DNA from: Candidatus Gottesmanbacteria bacterium
GTDB lineage: Bacteria > Patescibacteriota > Microgenomatia > UBA10105 > UBA927
Assembly: GCA_023245355.1 (NCBI GenBank)
Contig: JAHFKN010000001.1
Location: 75,528 to 139,527 of the forward strand
Direction of reading: 5' to 3'
DNA length: 64,000 nucleotides
In this document: positions 24,730-34,518 of the stretch, in pieces
Position numbering within the stretch: the first letter of the stretch is position 1
Layout: each line of letters opens with the position of its first letter
Notes under the pieces: generated by a model
Told to the model about the DNA's origin: nothing
Databases searched by the model: none
What the model saw: only the letters and a program-made list of their open reading frames with translations
Program-made: the position numbers and the translations under genes

Positions 24730-26973
24730 TTATATAATTTCTATGACTTCGAAGAAATCCCTAATAATACCTCTTAAGTCTCCCACAGAGAAACTATCAC
24801 GCTTAACTTGTGAATCAGAATCGTCATGGTTCCAAAAATGTGCGGATAACGAGTTTATTTTTTGCGCTTTGTCACCATCATATGTACCATCAGAAGTTAG
24901 TTTTTTAACAAAAGATGAAGTACTTCCACCATCCGCAATTTCAGTTTTAAGGCGTAGGTAATATTTTCGCTTAAAAAGTTGTTCAAGCACATCCCTAATC
25001 GATCTAAGTTTTTCCCAATTTACTTCAGTATCTGGTGCGGATTCTAAAGCTTTTAGTTCTTCAATCTGACGATAATATGTATCTAAGTATTCCTCGTTAG
25101 GTAGCATCAATTCTAAAGTAGAGGTACTAGTTGAAGGATTGTAGACAATTTTGAAACTTTTATGTTGAGGGATATGCTCATTAAGAAGTGCGAAGAATGA
25201 CTGTTCATGTGTAAGGATAATCAATTGTTGGGGTTTTGATTTGGTAATAAATTTATTTAGAAGTATAACTGTTCTTAGTTTTCTTTCGGCATCAAGACTG
25301 GACAAAGGATCATCTAATACGATTATTTTATCTTGAATATTGGCCTGAGCTTTAAGACTAGCAATAAAGAATGCAAAAGCTAGCAATCTTTTATCGCTTT
25401 CGCTTAAAGTATTTCCAAAGTGTTGAACCTCGTCGTGATCTGCCGAGAGTGCTATTTTATGGCCCGAAAAACATATTCCAAAAAGTGGAGCAGTGCTTCT
25501 TATTCCAGATTTTGGTTTTGTATCCACAAGTTGGAAATCGGCTTGCAGCTCTTTCAAAATACTGTTTACTTCTGTTTCATAGGTAGCAAAAATACTCTCG
25601 GCGTATTTGCTTTTAGCCTGCAAAGAAGTGTCTCTAATATTTGTTAGTTCTTTCGTTTTTTGATCCAATACTTCGTATTCAATACAAAAATCTGTCCAGA
25701 GTTTTTCGCCACGTTGTTTTGTTAACTCTAATACTGACTTTTCATTAGATAAAGTTTGATGTTTATTTTTGTCGTAAGGACTAGAATATTCAGCTTGGAG
25801 CAATATAACTTTCCCCTTTACCTTTTTTAAAGCAGATAATATTTTTTGAAGGGAATCAAAATTTATTGCATAATCCAAATTACTTTTAGATGAAAGTTCT
25901 TTCTTAAATAATGATATATTGTCATTGATTTCTGTGATTTCAGAGTTGAAATCGACCTGAATTCCCATAGCGGAAAGTTCACCGGAATATCGCCTAAGCT
26001 CTGCCTCGATTTTCCATGAAATTAGATGGTTGGATGCTTCTTTAACAGAATTAATTAGTTGCTTATAAGACTCGCTAAACATTGTTTCATAAGTCTCAAT
26101 CAAGGACTTTGCGTCATTGACGATAGGTTGACCACAAAATACGCAATGTCGTGTTTTTTCAGATTTGTCAGAGTCTTTAAGTAGAAATGTGCCTTGCGCA
26201 AGAAATCGCTCGGCACCATCATCCGATCGCAGGTGACTTAATATATGTGTTTTAATCTCTTCTTGATGAAATGAAATTGTTGGCGACAATTTCGGCTCCA
26301 AACTTTCAAGGCTATCAGAATTAATAGCCTTTATAAGTTCGTCAAGTTTATCTTTTACGTTCTGATATTGACTGTAGGCCTTAATTTCATTTTCTTTCTG
26401 AGTTATTTTATTATCAATATCTGAATCAGGATCAATTTTCCTAAAGGAATCAAAGCTGACTTTATAATGTCCTAAATGTCGAGTGTATTCTCGTGTAATT
26501 TCGGCCTTACGATTGGCATTCTTTTGACACTCTAGTTCTGCGTCTGAAAAATCCTTTTCTAATTTTTTGCCTTCCTCCCCAAGAATAATTGTTTGGATTG
26601 ATTTTTCGTTATCCGCTGTTATTGATTCATGTAGATACACATTTTTTGCTACGAATCTTGTGTCAAAAACTGTGATATTTGGACAACTTGTATTCCAAGC
26701 GCCAGTATTAAACGTGTGTGTGGTCGTTGATTTATCGTCACCAGTATTTATATTTACAGATTGTTCGTCTGTTGCTCCGAATGTTTTCCGGCCAACAATG
26801 TAGCATGGATCATTTGTGCTTAATGAGGTTAGTATGGCAGTTAGAGTGCTTTTGCCTTTTGCGTTAGGTCCGAAGAAGAATGTATTTGGTGCAAAATTAT
26901 ATTCACTACCTTTACCCATCGAACAAGCTCTAAGTTTTCCTACATTCTTGATATTTAGAATTTTTTTAATCAT
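24730..26973 (-). CDS. RloC/AAA_13-like ABC-type ATPase with coiled-coil CxxC zinc-hook (747 aa); no recognisable C-terminal nuclease domain
   Basis: Walker A is FFFGPNAKGKSTLT near the N-terminus. A long coiled-coil insert carries HCVFCGQP (CxxC). Walker B/D-loop is IIVLDDPLSSLD and the H-loop is IILTHEQSF. This layout matches SMC/Rad50/RloC-type ABC ATPases. Confidence 0.55.
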   Translation of the reverse strand: MIKKILNIKNVGKLRACSMGKGSEYNFAPNTFFFGPNAKGKSTLTAILTSLSTNDPCYIVGRKTFGATDEQSVNINTGDDKSTTTHTFNTGAWNTSCPNITVFDTRFVAKNVYLHESITADNEKSIQTIILGEEGKKLEKDFSDAELECQKNANRKAEITREYTRHLGHYKVSFDSFRKIDPDSDIDNKITQKENEIKAYSQYQNVKDKLDELIKAINSDSLESLEPKLSPTISFHQEEIKTHILSHLRSDDGAERFLAQGTFLLKDSDKSEKTRHCVFCGQPIVNDAKSLIETYETMFSESYKQLINSVKEASNHLISWKIEAELRRYSGELSAMGIQVDFNSEITEINDNISLFKKELSSKSNLDYAINFDSLQKILSALKKVKGKVILLQAEYSSPYDKNKHQTLSNEKSVLELTKQRGEKLWTDFCIEYEVLDQKTKELTNIRDTSLQAKSKYAESIFATYETEVNSILKELQADFQLVDTKPKSGIRSTAPLFGICFSGHKIALSADHDEVQHFGNTLSESDKRLLAFAFFIASLKAQANIQDKIIVLDDPLSSLDAERKLRTVILLNKFITKSKPQQLIILTHEQSFFALLNEHIPQHKSFKIVYNPSTSTSTLELMLPNEEYLDTYYRQIEELKALESAPDTEVNWEKLRSIRDVLEQLFKRKYYLRLKTEIADGGSTSSFVKKLTSDGTYDGDKAQKINSLSAHFWNHDDSDSQVKRDSFSVGDLRGIIRDFFEVIEII

Positions 26974-27023
26974 ATTTCTAATTAAGGCGATTTTATCACT
27001 TTATCAGGCATAAGTGCTCAAAA

Positions 27024-27635
27024 TTATATCTTAGGTAAAAATACTCTCGGATTTACTGGTATTCCATATATTCTTGTTTCAAAGTGTAAGTGTGGTCCGG
27101 TTGCCCAGCCTGTTTGCCCCTCTTTCCCAATGGTGTCGGTAATAGTTACTTTCTGCCCTTTGTAGACGTAGATTTTGTCTAGATGAGCATAGATGGTAGT
27201 GATGTTGTTTCCATGGTCGATGATAACGTGTTTACCATACCCCCAGAATATCTCTCCAGCATAGGCAACTTCGCCATCCATCGCGGGGTTTATGGGATCG
27301 CCAATTTGTCCAGAGGGGTTGGCAATATCAATACCTGTGTGAAAGACCTGATACAAGCTAGACTGGCCAAATTCGAGGGTAATGACTCCGTGAACCGGCC
27401 ACACTACTTGTGGAGATATGGATTTAACAACTTCCCCGGAGGTTGGATCTTTGATCTCGATGGACTGCGTAACAGGATTACTTTCAACCAACTTGTCTGA
27501 GATTATGTTTATACCAACTCGAGTGAGTAGAATTATCCCGATAACTGGAACCATGAGGATAGCTAGAAAGGCTAAAAAGACAAATTTCAATTCCTTACGA
27601 AATGACCAGAGAGTAAGGAAGAGTTTTGGATTCAT
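27024..27635 (-). CDS. M23-family metallopeptidase (cell-wall hydrolase of the T4SS operon), N-terminal TM
   Basis: HTGIDIA...GYGKHVIIDHGNNITTIYAHL...GPHLHFE contains the HxxxD and HxH M23 zinc motifs. Confidence 0.8.
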   Translation of the reverse strand: MNPKLFLTLWSFRKELKFVFLAFLAILMVPVIGIILLTRVGINIISDKLVESNPVTQSIEIKDPTSGEVVKSISPQVVWPVHGVITLEFGQSSLYQVFHTGIDIANPSGQIGDPINPAMDGEVAYAGEIFWGYGKHVIIDHGNNITTIYAHLDKIYVYKGQKVTITDTIGKEGQTGWATGPHLHFETRIYGIPVNPRVFLPKI

Positions 27636-27637
27636 AC

Positions 27638-29422
27638 TTAGATGTAGATTTCCCGAGGATCGGTCGTGAGGAGTGGCTGTTCTTCTTCAGAGGCTACTAC
27701 TTTAACTGCAACATGGTTTTGATCAGCTATGATGAGAGCCTCACCCCGTTCACAAGTTAAAAGATAATGCTGTTCAAAGGCAGAAAGATGGAATTCTTCA
27801 GCCACTTTTTTGATGGTGGTAGTATCTTGGCGCATAAGTATACGAAGTGATGATTGACTGGCAATGGCCTTGCCATATTCCTGTGAGAGGAAATCATTGG
27901 CTTGTTGCGTGATGATTGTGACACCCAGATAGTATTTTCTGGCGCGTCTGACGAGCCCTGAGATAAATCTGGCGCTTTCTGGCTCTTGGAGGAGTATCCA
28001 GCCCTCGTCAATAACAAGCATGCGTTTTTGTGGATTCTGCTTGACCTCGCTATGCACGAAATTAGCCACAACCATCATCATGATCTGACGAAGTGACTCA
28101 TTTAAGTCTTTAATATCAAACACAACGAGGCGATTATTCATCTCGATATTGGTCTGGGAATCAAATACTCCGCCAAGCGAACCTTTCACAAATCTCTCGA
28201 GTCGGTTGCAGAGGTCTTTGTGTTTCATTGTCTTCAGTTCTTTGTAAAAATCTTTAAGCACTGGATAGGCAATCTTTGCGGGCTTCTTGCCATTCTTACG
28301 CTTGCTCAGACCTGAATTTTTATAAGTTTGTAGAAGCGCACGATCCACCGTTGCCCGCTCCTCCGATGTCAGACTGCCAACCATGAGAGAAATGAGCTCT
28401 GTAAGGTCTTGTATGTGCTCAGCGAGGCTATTCTCACCCGTGACTGAGCTTTGGTAATCAAAAGGGTTAATTTTTTCCTTGGAGGTGCTAGAGAGCTTGA
28501 TGTACGTTCCGTTGACGCTTTTAGCCAGTTGCTTATATTCGCGTTCTGGATCAATGACTATGACTTTTGTACCTTGCATGAGGTGACGCAGGATCTCGAC
28601 TTTGGCAGTAAAGCTCTTGCCTGAACCGGACTGGGCAAAAATAATCGAATTGGCGTTGTTTAGACTATAACGATCGATGATAACCAAAGAATTATTGGAT
28701 TTATTGATTCCATAGAGGATACCGGACTCTTGGACGAGTTCGGATGAGACAAAGGGAAAGGTTAAAGCAGCGCTTGAGCTATCCAAGTTACGTTTTTGTG
28801 CCAGCTTGTTTTCGCCACGAGGCAACATTGATTGCAACGCTTCGATTTGTTGGAAAGTTGCAGGTTTTATATAGAAAAGTCTTGTCTGCATGACTGTTTC
28901 CAATAGCTTAGTTACTTTATCAAGTTCAACTAGACTTTCAGCCGTAACGGTCATGTAAATAGAAACTTGGAACAGTTTTTCCATACCCCGCTGGATTTTG
29001 TCTTTGAGTTCCATGGCTGATTCAAGCGGATCAGTGATTTCACTTCCGATAACACGTCCCTCTTTAAGCATGGTGCGCTTGGTGGACTCAAGCTCTGTGA
29101 TTTTACGGTTAAGTTTGGGCAGTGCTATGAGAGGATCGATCTGCTCGATGTGATAATTGATGTCGATATTGTGGTTAAAGTTCACGAGCATTGAAAGCCA
29201 GCCAGTCGAAGCCACATAGGGATACCCTGAAACAAAGAGTGTTCGGACGAAGGTATCGTTTATTTGTAAATAGCTCGATTCCTCTTTAAGTCCGGCATAG
29301 GAAATAAGGTCGAGTTGGTCTTGTTCGCCAAACGTGACGTTGATAGCTTGGTGGGCTAAGCGTTTTTTCTTTTGACGCTTTTGCCAGTCACGAATTGGTT
29401 TGATTTTGGTTAGGTTAAACAT
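27638..29422 (-). CDS. VirB4-family conjugative transfer ATPase (TcpF/PrgJ/Orf16-like)
   Basis: Walker A is FAQSGSGKSF. VIDPEREY follows. The DUF87-like layout matches Gram-positive VirB4 homologues. Walker B is RMLVIDEGW. Confidence 0.75.
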   Translation of the reverse strand: MFNLTKIKPIRDWQKRQKKKRLAHQAINVTFGEQDQLDLISYAGLKEESSYLQINDTFVRTLFVSGYPYVASTGWLSMLVNFNHNIDINYHIEQIDPLIALPKLNRKITELESTKRTMLKEGRVIGSEITDPLESAMELKDKIQRGMEKLFQVSIYMTVTAESLVELDKVTKLLETVMQTRLFYIKPATFQQIEALQSMLPRGENKLAQKRNLDSSSAALTFPFVSSELVQESGILYGINKSNNSLVIIDRYSLNNANSIIFAQSGSGKSFTAKVEILRHLMQGTKVIVIDPEREYKQLAKSVNGTYIKLSSTSKEKINPFDYQSSVTGENSLAEHIQDLTELISLMVGSLTSEERATVDRALLQTYKNSGLSKRKNGKKPAKIAYPVLKDFYKELKTMKHKDLCNRLERFVKGSLGGVFDSQTNIEMNNRLVVFDIKDLNESLRQIMMMVVANFVHSEVKQNPQKRMLVIDEGWILLQEPESARFISGLVRRARKYYLGVTIITQQANDFLSQEYGKAIASQSSLRILMRQDTTTIKKVAEEFHLSAFEQHYLLTCERGEALIIADQNHVAVKVVASEEEQPLLTTDPREIYI

Positions 29423-30032
29423 AATTGTGTTTGAATAATGCGGATAATGCTTCTTTTGTAATCGCCTGGGTCTTTACCGATTCAGGGTTATAAAAGCTGT
29501 AGAACAAGTTAATAATCTCGATACTTGAGAGTGTTTTAGCTTTCATCTGCATCCGCTCCAAGCCTTTGACGACAATATCGCGATTTAGATTTAAGTGTTC
29601 TTTGATTACTTTCCAATCTTCGTGCCGGTCTGGGTGATGATATGGCAATACGATGTAAAATCGTCTTGAGAGAATACTGTTACCTGAGACGAGCTTTTTA
29701 ACGAATGCACTATATCCCTCGATTTGCTTGCGATAGATCGGATCTTTCTCTTTGTCCTTTGATCTAGCCACATCTTCAGCGTATTTGTCGATATCAATCT
29801 CTCGAACTCGTACCAAGATTTGAATCTGGCAAGGTAAGGCATTTAGGAAGTTTTGGAAACTATCGATCATGACGTCCTGTTCTTCTTCACTCTTGAGCTC
29901 GAAGTTTATGGATGAGGTTTCCAAAATCAACCGATATTCCTGGTTAGGCAAAACCAGAACATTATCCAAGACTTTTTTGATTTGTATTTGCTGTCGCGAT
30001 GATAGAGATTTATTGAATAATGTCATAGTCAT
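29415..30032 (-). CDS. Hypothetical T4SS-operon protein (205 aa)
   Basis: Overlaps the virB4-like start. No motif recognised. Confidence 0.3.
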   Translation of the reverse strand: MTMTLFNKSLSSRQQIQIKKVLDNVLVLPNQEYRLILETSSINFELKSEEEQDVMIDSFQNFLNALPCQIQILVRVREIDIDKYAEDVARSKDKEKDPIYRKQIEGYSAFVKKLVSGNSILSRRFYIVLPYHHPDRHEDWKVIKEHLNLNRDIVVKGLERMQMKAKTLSSIEIINLFYSFYNPESVKTQAITKEALSALFKHNYV

Positions 30033-30499
30033 TTCCTCCCATACCGAAACGATACAGCCAGATTCTTTGATGCCATTGCCTGTTCAAATTTGATAAGTTC
30101 CTTGATCGACAGCTCTTTAGTGAGCCTCTTGGTTGTTTTTGCTACTGCCTTTTTGTGGTTTGCTACAGATTCAAATGGCAAATCAACTAACCGCTCTGTT
30201 ATGTCATTTTTATTGAAGATGTAGAATTTCGGACGTAACTTGTAACGAAGTAATATTCCAATCCACTCAGCAACGATTTTGTCTTTGATTCTTACTGCCA
30301 AAACAAGTGAGATAGCGCTCACTAACAGCACCAAGCTTACCTTGTACGGAGCGAGCTTCATTGCTGGAATAAATATTGCGTATACCAGTGTCCCCCAGAG
30401 AACAGGCATCATCAGAAGTAGAATCTGCGCGAAATTGAGAGATCCTGCGATTTTGTCTTCAACTGTCGTGATTTGTGCTGGAATGATTGTTGTTCTCAT
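30029..30499 (-). CDS. Small membrane protein of the T4SS operon (VirB3/PrgI-like topology)
   Basis: Two TM helices (LLLMMPVLWGTLVYAIFIP; VSLVLLVSAISLVLAV). It sits directly upstream of virB4, as VirB3 analogues do. Confidence 0.35.
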   Translation of the reverse strand: MRTTIIPAQITTVEDKIAGSLNFAQILLLMMPVLWGTLVYAIFIPAMKLAPYKVSLVLLVSAISLVLAVRIKDKIVAEWIGILLRYKLRPKFYIFNKNDITERLVDLPFESVANHKKAVAKTTKRLTKELSIKELIKFEQAMASKNLAVSFRYGRK

Positions 30500-31773
30500 A
30501 CGTTTAAGGTCTTTCTGGGTGTCTTGGCGCCAACTGTACCTTTGTGAGCTGTATCAGTACTCATGACGTTAATAATCTGACTTCCCATGTGTTTGACCGT
30601 TCCCACACTTCGAGAAAATAAAATTAGTTGCATCAAGAAGCTTGGGATCTTAAGCAACGTGAGTAAAAGTCCAATGGCTACCGCAATTGAGATCAGTGAG
30701 TTATTGGTTTGCTCAGGGAGTGCCAGGAATGATCCGGCCAGTTGAATAGTTACGACATGAATAAAAATCATGAATACTGAGACTAGATAGCTTTTAATCG
30801 CCATTTCTGCAAAGTCGGCGGTCTTAGGGAGTGTCCAAAGTAAGAATATGAACGGAGAGAGTACAGCTCCAAGAGCTATAACGATCAAACGGCTGATATA
30901 CATAAGTAGGAGCACAATCGCTACGATCAAGAACAGAAGCAGAAAAATCAAAGTGATGAGTGGAGCTGTACCAGTCGTAATATTTTGCAGAGTAATTGCG
31001 TTCGTGACCCAGGCATGGTTGAGTCCTCCAGTTGCAGATATCACACCTGCTACGAGTGCGTTACAGGTTTTTACGGCGTAGTCAGCGAGGAATAGAGAAA
31101 CATTTGTTCCAAGGAATGCTAGCCCAATTCTAGGCAGGAGATGTTTAAATTCAATCTCTTCAAACCCGAATGTTGAGGCGCTCATAAACTGAAGACCTAG
31201 GAGTGCCACAACCAACACGAACAGCGTATCTGTAATCCCGAGCATGATTAGCCAAAATTTGACGATTGAGGCATTCTCAAGAAGCGATGGAGTGGTTGAT
31301 AAAAACGTCATAATCCCATCAACTATTGGTTTAGTGGAACTTTCAACTATGTTTTGAATAAAGCCGTTGACTGCATCAATAAGGACTTGGGTCAAACCGT
31401 CGCTTGGTGCCACACTCTCAATTTGGGTAATTGGTAGATTGGATGCGGTAGTAGTTGTACCATCACCAACTAAAGCTCCAGATAGAAATGAAACAATTGA
31501 ACTGGCAGCAAAAACAACAACCAAACCTATCAAGGCATTTCTGATAGTTTTCTTGGCTTCTTCTAAAGCATCCGGCTTACCAGTAGAGGTAATGTAGATA
31601 TAGCCACCCCGAATTAAAAAAAAGACCGCTGCTGCGGCCGAGATAAGTGTAACTATTGAAAGAGCGTCATTGGTAAACGCTGTCACCTCCGTAGGTGCGC
31701 TAGTTGAAGCATACGCAAGCGTTGGAGAAAAGAGTGCTATGAGTATGGTTACGACCAATACTAATAATTTCAT
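30496..31773 (-). CDS. Polytopic membrane protein, VirB6/TrbL/PrgH-like channel component
   Basis: Signal peptide plus at least 6 TM helices across the C-terminal two-thirds, with a central extracellular region. Operon position supports the call. Confidence 0.45.
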   Translation of the reverse strand: MKLLVLVVTILIALFSPTLAYASTSAPTEVTAFTNDALSIVTLISAAAAVFFLIRGGYIYITSTGKPDALEEAKKTIRNALIGLVVVFAASSIVSFLSGALVGDGTTTTASNLPITQIESVAPSDGLTQVLIDAVNGFIQNIVESSTKPIVDGIMTFLSTTPSLLENASIVKFWLIMLGITDTLFVLVVALLGLQFMSASTFGFEEIEFKHLLPRIGLAFLGTNVSLFLADYAVKTCNALVAGVISATGGLNHAWVTNAITLQNITTGTAPLITLIFLLLFLIVAIVLLLMYISRLIVIALGAVLSPFIFLLWTLPKTADFAEMAIKSYLVSVFMIFIHVVTIQLAGSFLALPEQTNNSLISIAVAIGLLLTLLKIPSFLMQLILFSRSVGTVKHMGSQIINVMSTDTAHKGTVGAKTPRKTLNV

Positions 31774-31801
31774 ATTTGTTCATATTCCAATATTGGCCGA
31801 C

Positions 31802-32137
31802 TTACTGAGCCGCGCCAAATGCTCCAGTTGCCAGATCTGAAACAATATTTGTCAGCACGAAAGCACCAAGCACAACTGCAAGGCCAATGGCTGAATACAA
31901 AATTGTTTTTTTGGAGCGATCAAGTGTTTCTGGGTTGCCTGAGCTAGTAATGTAGCCAACGCCTCCCCAGACGAAGAATCCAGCAGAAATGAGTCCGGCA
32001 AGTGTTACAAGTACCTGGATGACACTTTTTATGAATGTTTCGATTTTGGTAACATCTCCCGAAGCAGCAAAGACTGGTGAAGCAAAAGTCAGTGCCGTGA
32101 TGGCGACTGATGAGAAGATAATAATCTTTTTATTCAT
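31802..32137 (-). CDS. Small secreted two-helix membrane protein, pilin/VirB2-like
   Basis: Signal peptide (AITALTFASPVFA) plus two hydrophobic helices. It is the first gene of the T4SS operon. Confidence 0.35.
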   Translation of the reverse strand: MNKKIIIFSSVAITALTFASPVFAASGDVTKIETFIKSVIQVLVTLAGLISAGFFVWGGVGYITSSGNPETLDRSKKTILYSAIGLAVVLGAFVLTNIVSDLATGAFGAAQ

Positions 32138-32190
32138 AACCTACCTCCATATAAATTACTAATTTATAAATATTAGGCAGGTCTGGTTAC

Positions 32191-32220
32191 AAAAAAGCCC
32201 CTATCTGGAGGGGCAGCTCT
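32191..32220 (-). terminator. Hairpin (GCCCCT-atctgg-AGGGGC) followed on the minus strand by TTTTTT; rho-independent terminator-like, about 60 nt upstream of the pilin-like gene
   Basis: Read directly from the sequence. A-run on the plus strand and T-run on the minus strand. Confidence 0.4.
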
Positions 32221-32338
32221 GTTGAACTTGAGGGAATTATTATCCTAACCAGGCTAAATGTCAACTAGATGTAGTCAGATAATTAACAGTTTGTGACAAA
32301 CCTAGAAAGTAAACCCTATCGGACATATAATAAGCTAT

Positions 32339-33727
32339 ATGGTCATGGAATCGGAAGCTCCTGTTCAGGAATTGTGGCAAACTATTAGGGAAGGTGTTGA
32401 TCCAATAGTTAAGGAAATTCAAGCAAGCGGATATGACACTGCAAAAAGAATAAAAGGTCAAATTGACATAGACCAGTTGCCTAATTATTTAAGGCCATAC
32501 TTTAAGCCAGAATTTTACGAACCAGAAGTATTTATTACTGACAGACCAAGCAAAGTCTTTGGTCAAAACGAAACAATCTACACGATCACATCTTCACTTT
32601 CTCTTGAAAATTTACGAGATGGCAAACTGTTAACACCGCCTTCTGAACACAGTCCATTTGATCAGAACATTCAGACTCATCGTGGTATCGGACTAGCACT
32701 CTTTTCAAAACTTATGAATGGGTTCGGTTTTAGGCTTGGTGCGAAGGATTCGTTTTTGTGGCTTGGTCCAAATATTGATGGTGAACAATTCGTACTTGAA
32801 GATAATATCTCAAAAAGCGGAAGAGCTGTCGATGAAAAAATTGCATCCCATCTCTTTAATCATACCAACTTAAAAGATGGGTATCGCAGTTTAGAAATTC
32901 ATCCACGCTTACGGAAAACTCTTGAAGCTATTAATAATGGTAAGTCACTATATGGTGTCGATCCTGAAACATCCACTTATATTGACGAATTACTTGATAC
33001 TTTGCATCTATACACAGGCGTACGAGAGGGGTGGTTTAATTCGTTGGAAGGTTTTCTTAAAGGAACTATGTCACCAAAAAAGCGAATAGATCCTGTAGAC
33101 ATTGATTTATCTTTAACATTTGCTGCGCACGAATTAGCTCAGCCAAGTCCACGAGCATCACAGGCCCTCATTTTAGAAGTTGATGCGGCAAAATTGATTT
33201 CAATGACACCTATCTACCCTTTTCCACTAACATCACGCCCGCCCGAGACTATTGTCCCTGCACCACACCTACCTCTTGAAGCGGTTAGGGCTGTATATGT
33301 TGAGCGTGAACCTGAAACATTAGGGCATTTAAAAGGTATTTTTAGAAGTATCGAAGAGTTACCAAAAAGCAATTGGTTGAGAGATGCAGATGATAATACG
33401 GTCACACCTGACATTGCCAGAAGAAATGGAGTAAATCCCAGAAGTCCAGTGTGTGCCTTACGATACAATCGAAATCCTGTTAGTGTATGGGCTGAGCATC
33501 TTGAAAATGGCGATATGGCACCTTGGAACGAAGTTCCTTATGTTGACTTAACACCACCAGTTACCTTTTTAGATCATGCACTTAAAAATGTCATTCTAAG
33601 AAGGGCTAGAAAATCTGGTTTAATTGAGAAAGTTTCGCGAATTACAAACAATCAAGATGTTACTGAGACTAGAATACTCTCAGAAGCATCAAATCTTTCA
33701 TTACCTTCGATAAAGCACGTTCGCTAA
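32339..33727 (+). CDS. Hypothetical protein (462 aa), island cargo
   Basis: Long ORF with no recognised motif. Confidence 0.4.
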   Translation: MVMESEAPVQELWQTIREGVDPIVKEIQASGYDTAKRIKGQIDIDQLPNYLRPYFKPEFYEPEVFITDRPSKVFGQNETIYTITSSLSLENLRDGKLLTPPSEHSPFDQNIQTHRGIGLALFSKLMNGFGFRLGAKDSFLWLGPNIDGEQFVLEDNISKSGRAVDEKIASHLFNHTNLKDGYRSLEIHPRLRKTLEAINNGKSLYGVDPETSTYIDELLDTLHLYTGVREGWFNSLEGFLKGTMSPKKRIDPVDIDLSLTFAAHELAQPSPRASQALILEVDAAKLISMTPIYPFPLTSRPPETIVPAPHLPLEAVRAVYVEREPETLGHLKGIFRSIEELPKSNWLRDADDNTVTPDIARRNGVNPRSPVCALRYNRNPVSVWAEHLENGDMAPWNEVPYVDLTPPVTFLDHALKNVILRRARKSGLIEKVSRITNNQDVTETRILSEASNLSLPSIKHVR

Positions 33728-33848
33728 TTTTCCACTTGGATATTTAGGGGCCTTGCCCCTCATTTCGCAAGGGTTTTCGTTTCACTCCAATAAACTGCGC
33801 TTCGCTTGCCCTTGCAAAATTCACCCCGCTTTAAAAATTCTCAGGTAT

Positions 33849-33870
33849 GGGAAGTATGGCCATACTTCCC
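33849..33870. promoter_or_regulatory. 22-bp perfect palindrome gggaagtatgg|ccatacttccc, 45 bp upstream of ORF 33915
   Basis: Exact 11+11 inverted repeat with no spacer. Confidence 0.5.
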
Positions 33871-33914
33871 AACCATTAATTTTCGGGAAGAAGCCAAGAA
33901 GGAGGTGAAAACCT

Positions 33915-34229
33915 ATGAAACTATTAACAAAAGAGCTTATCAAAAGATTTGAGCAAGTCGGCAGACAGGAAGACTCTAGCGATCCTCTCGTTATTGTAAA
34001 GTTCTTCAACCCTTGTGGAGCAGGTACATGGTACGCAACCGAGTACGATCCAGAATCGAGAGAGTTTTTCGGATTCGTTTCAATCTTTGGGGATTGGAAT
34101 GACGAATGGGGATCTTTTTCTCTGGATGAACTCGAAAACTATCACGGCAACTTTGGATTAGGGATTGAGCGGGATCTGTATTTTGACGAGCAGCGAATAA
34201 GTCAGGTTGTCCCAAAAGCAAAATTATAA
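33915..34229 (+). CDS. Hypothetical small protein (104 aa)
   Basis: The RBS aaggaggtg lies 8 nt upstream. The sequence is acidic. Confidence 0.35.
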   Translation: MKLLTKELIKRFEQVGRQEDSSDPLVIVKFFNPCGAGTWYATEYDPESREFFGFVSIFGDWNDEWGSFSLDELENYHGNFGLGIERDLYFDEQRISQVVPKAKL

Positions 34230-34291
34230 ATATATAGTATCCACCGCGGGGCCCCAACCCCGCGGATGGGTATCCAAGAAAGGAAAAATAT

Positions 34292-34495
34292 ATGATTAGA
34301 ATATTACCAGTATTTAAAGGTTATACAGTCGATTTACGACTGCAAGAGTTTAGAAAAATTGAAATGGATACGCTACCCGAGTTTATCCCGCTATTAAGTG
34401 ATAAAGGGGCTCGACTGTTTAATGAGTTTAGACAAACAGAAGAAGGCAGAAAAGAAATTGCTTACGTACTTGGGAGGCGCCTAGGCGAATACTAG
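34292..34495 (+). CDS. Hypothetical small protein (67 aa)
   Basis: The RBS aaggaaa lies upstream. Weak call. Confidence 0.25.
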   Translation: MIRILPVFKGYTVDLRLQEFRKIEMDTLPEFIPLLSDKGARLFNEFRQTEEGRKEIAYVLGRRLGEY

Positions 34496-34518
34496 CTTAA
34501 AAGGTCTATAATAAAGGC

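Noticed and set aside
32339-33727. 462-aa island protein as the conjugative relaxase
   Set aside because: There is no convincing HUH or Rep_trans motif. HLFNH is not a HxH triad in the right context. It is left as hypothetical.
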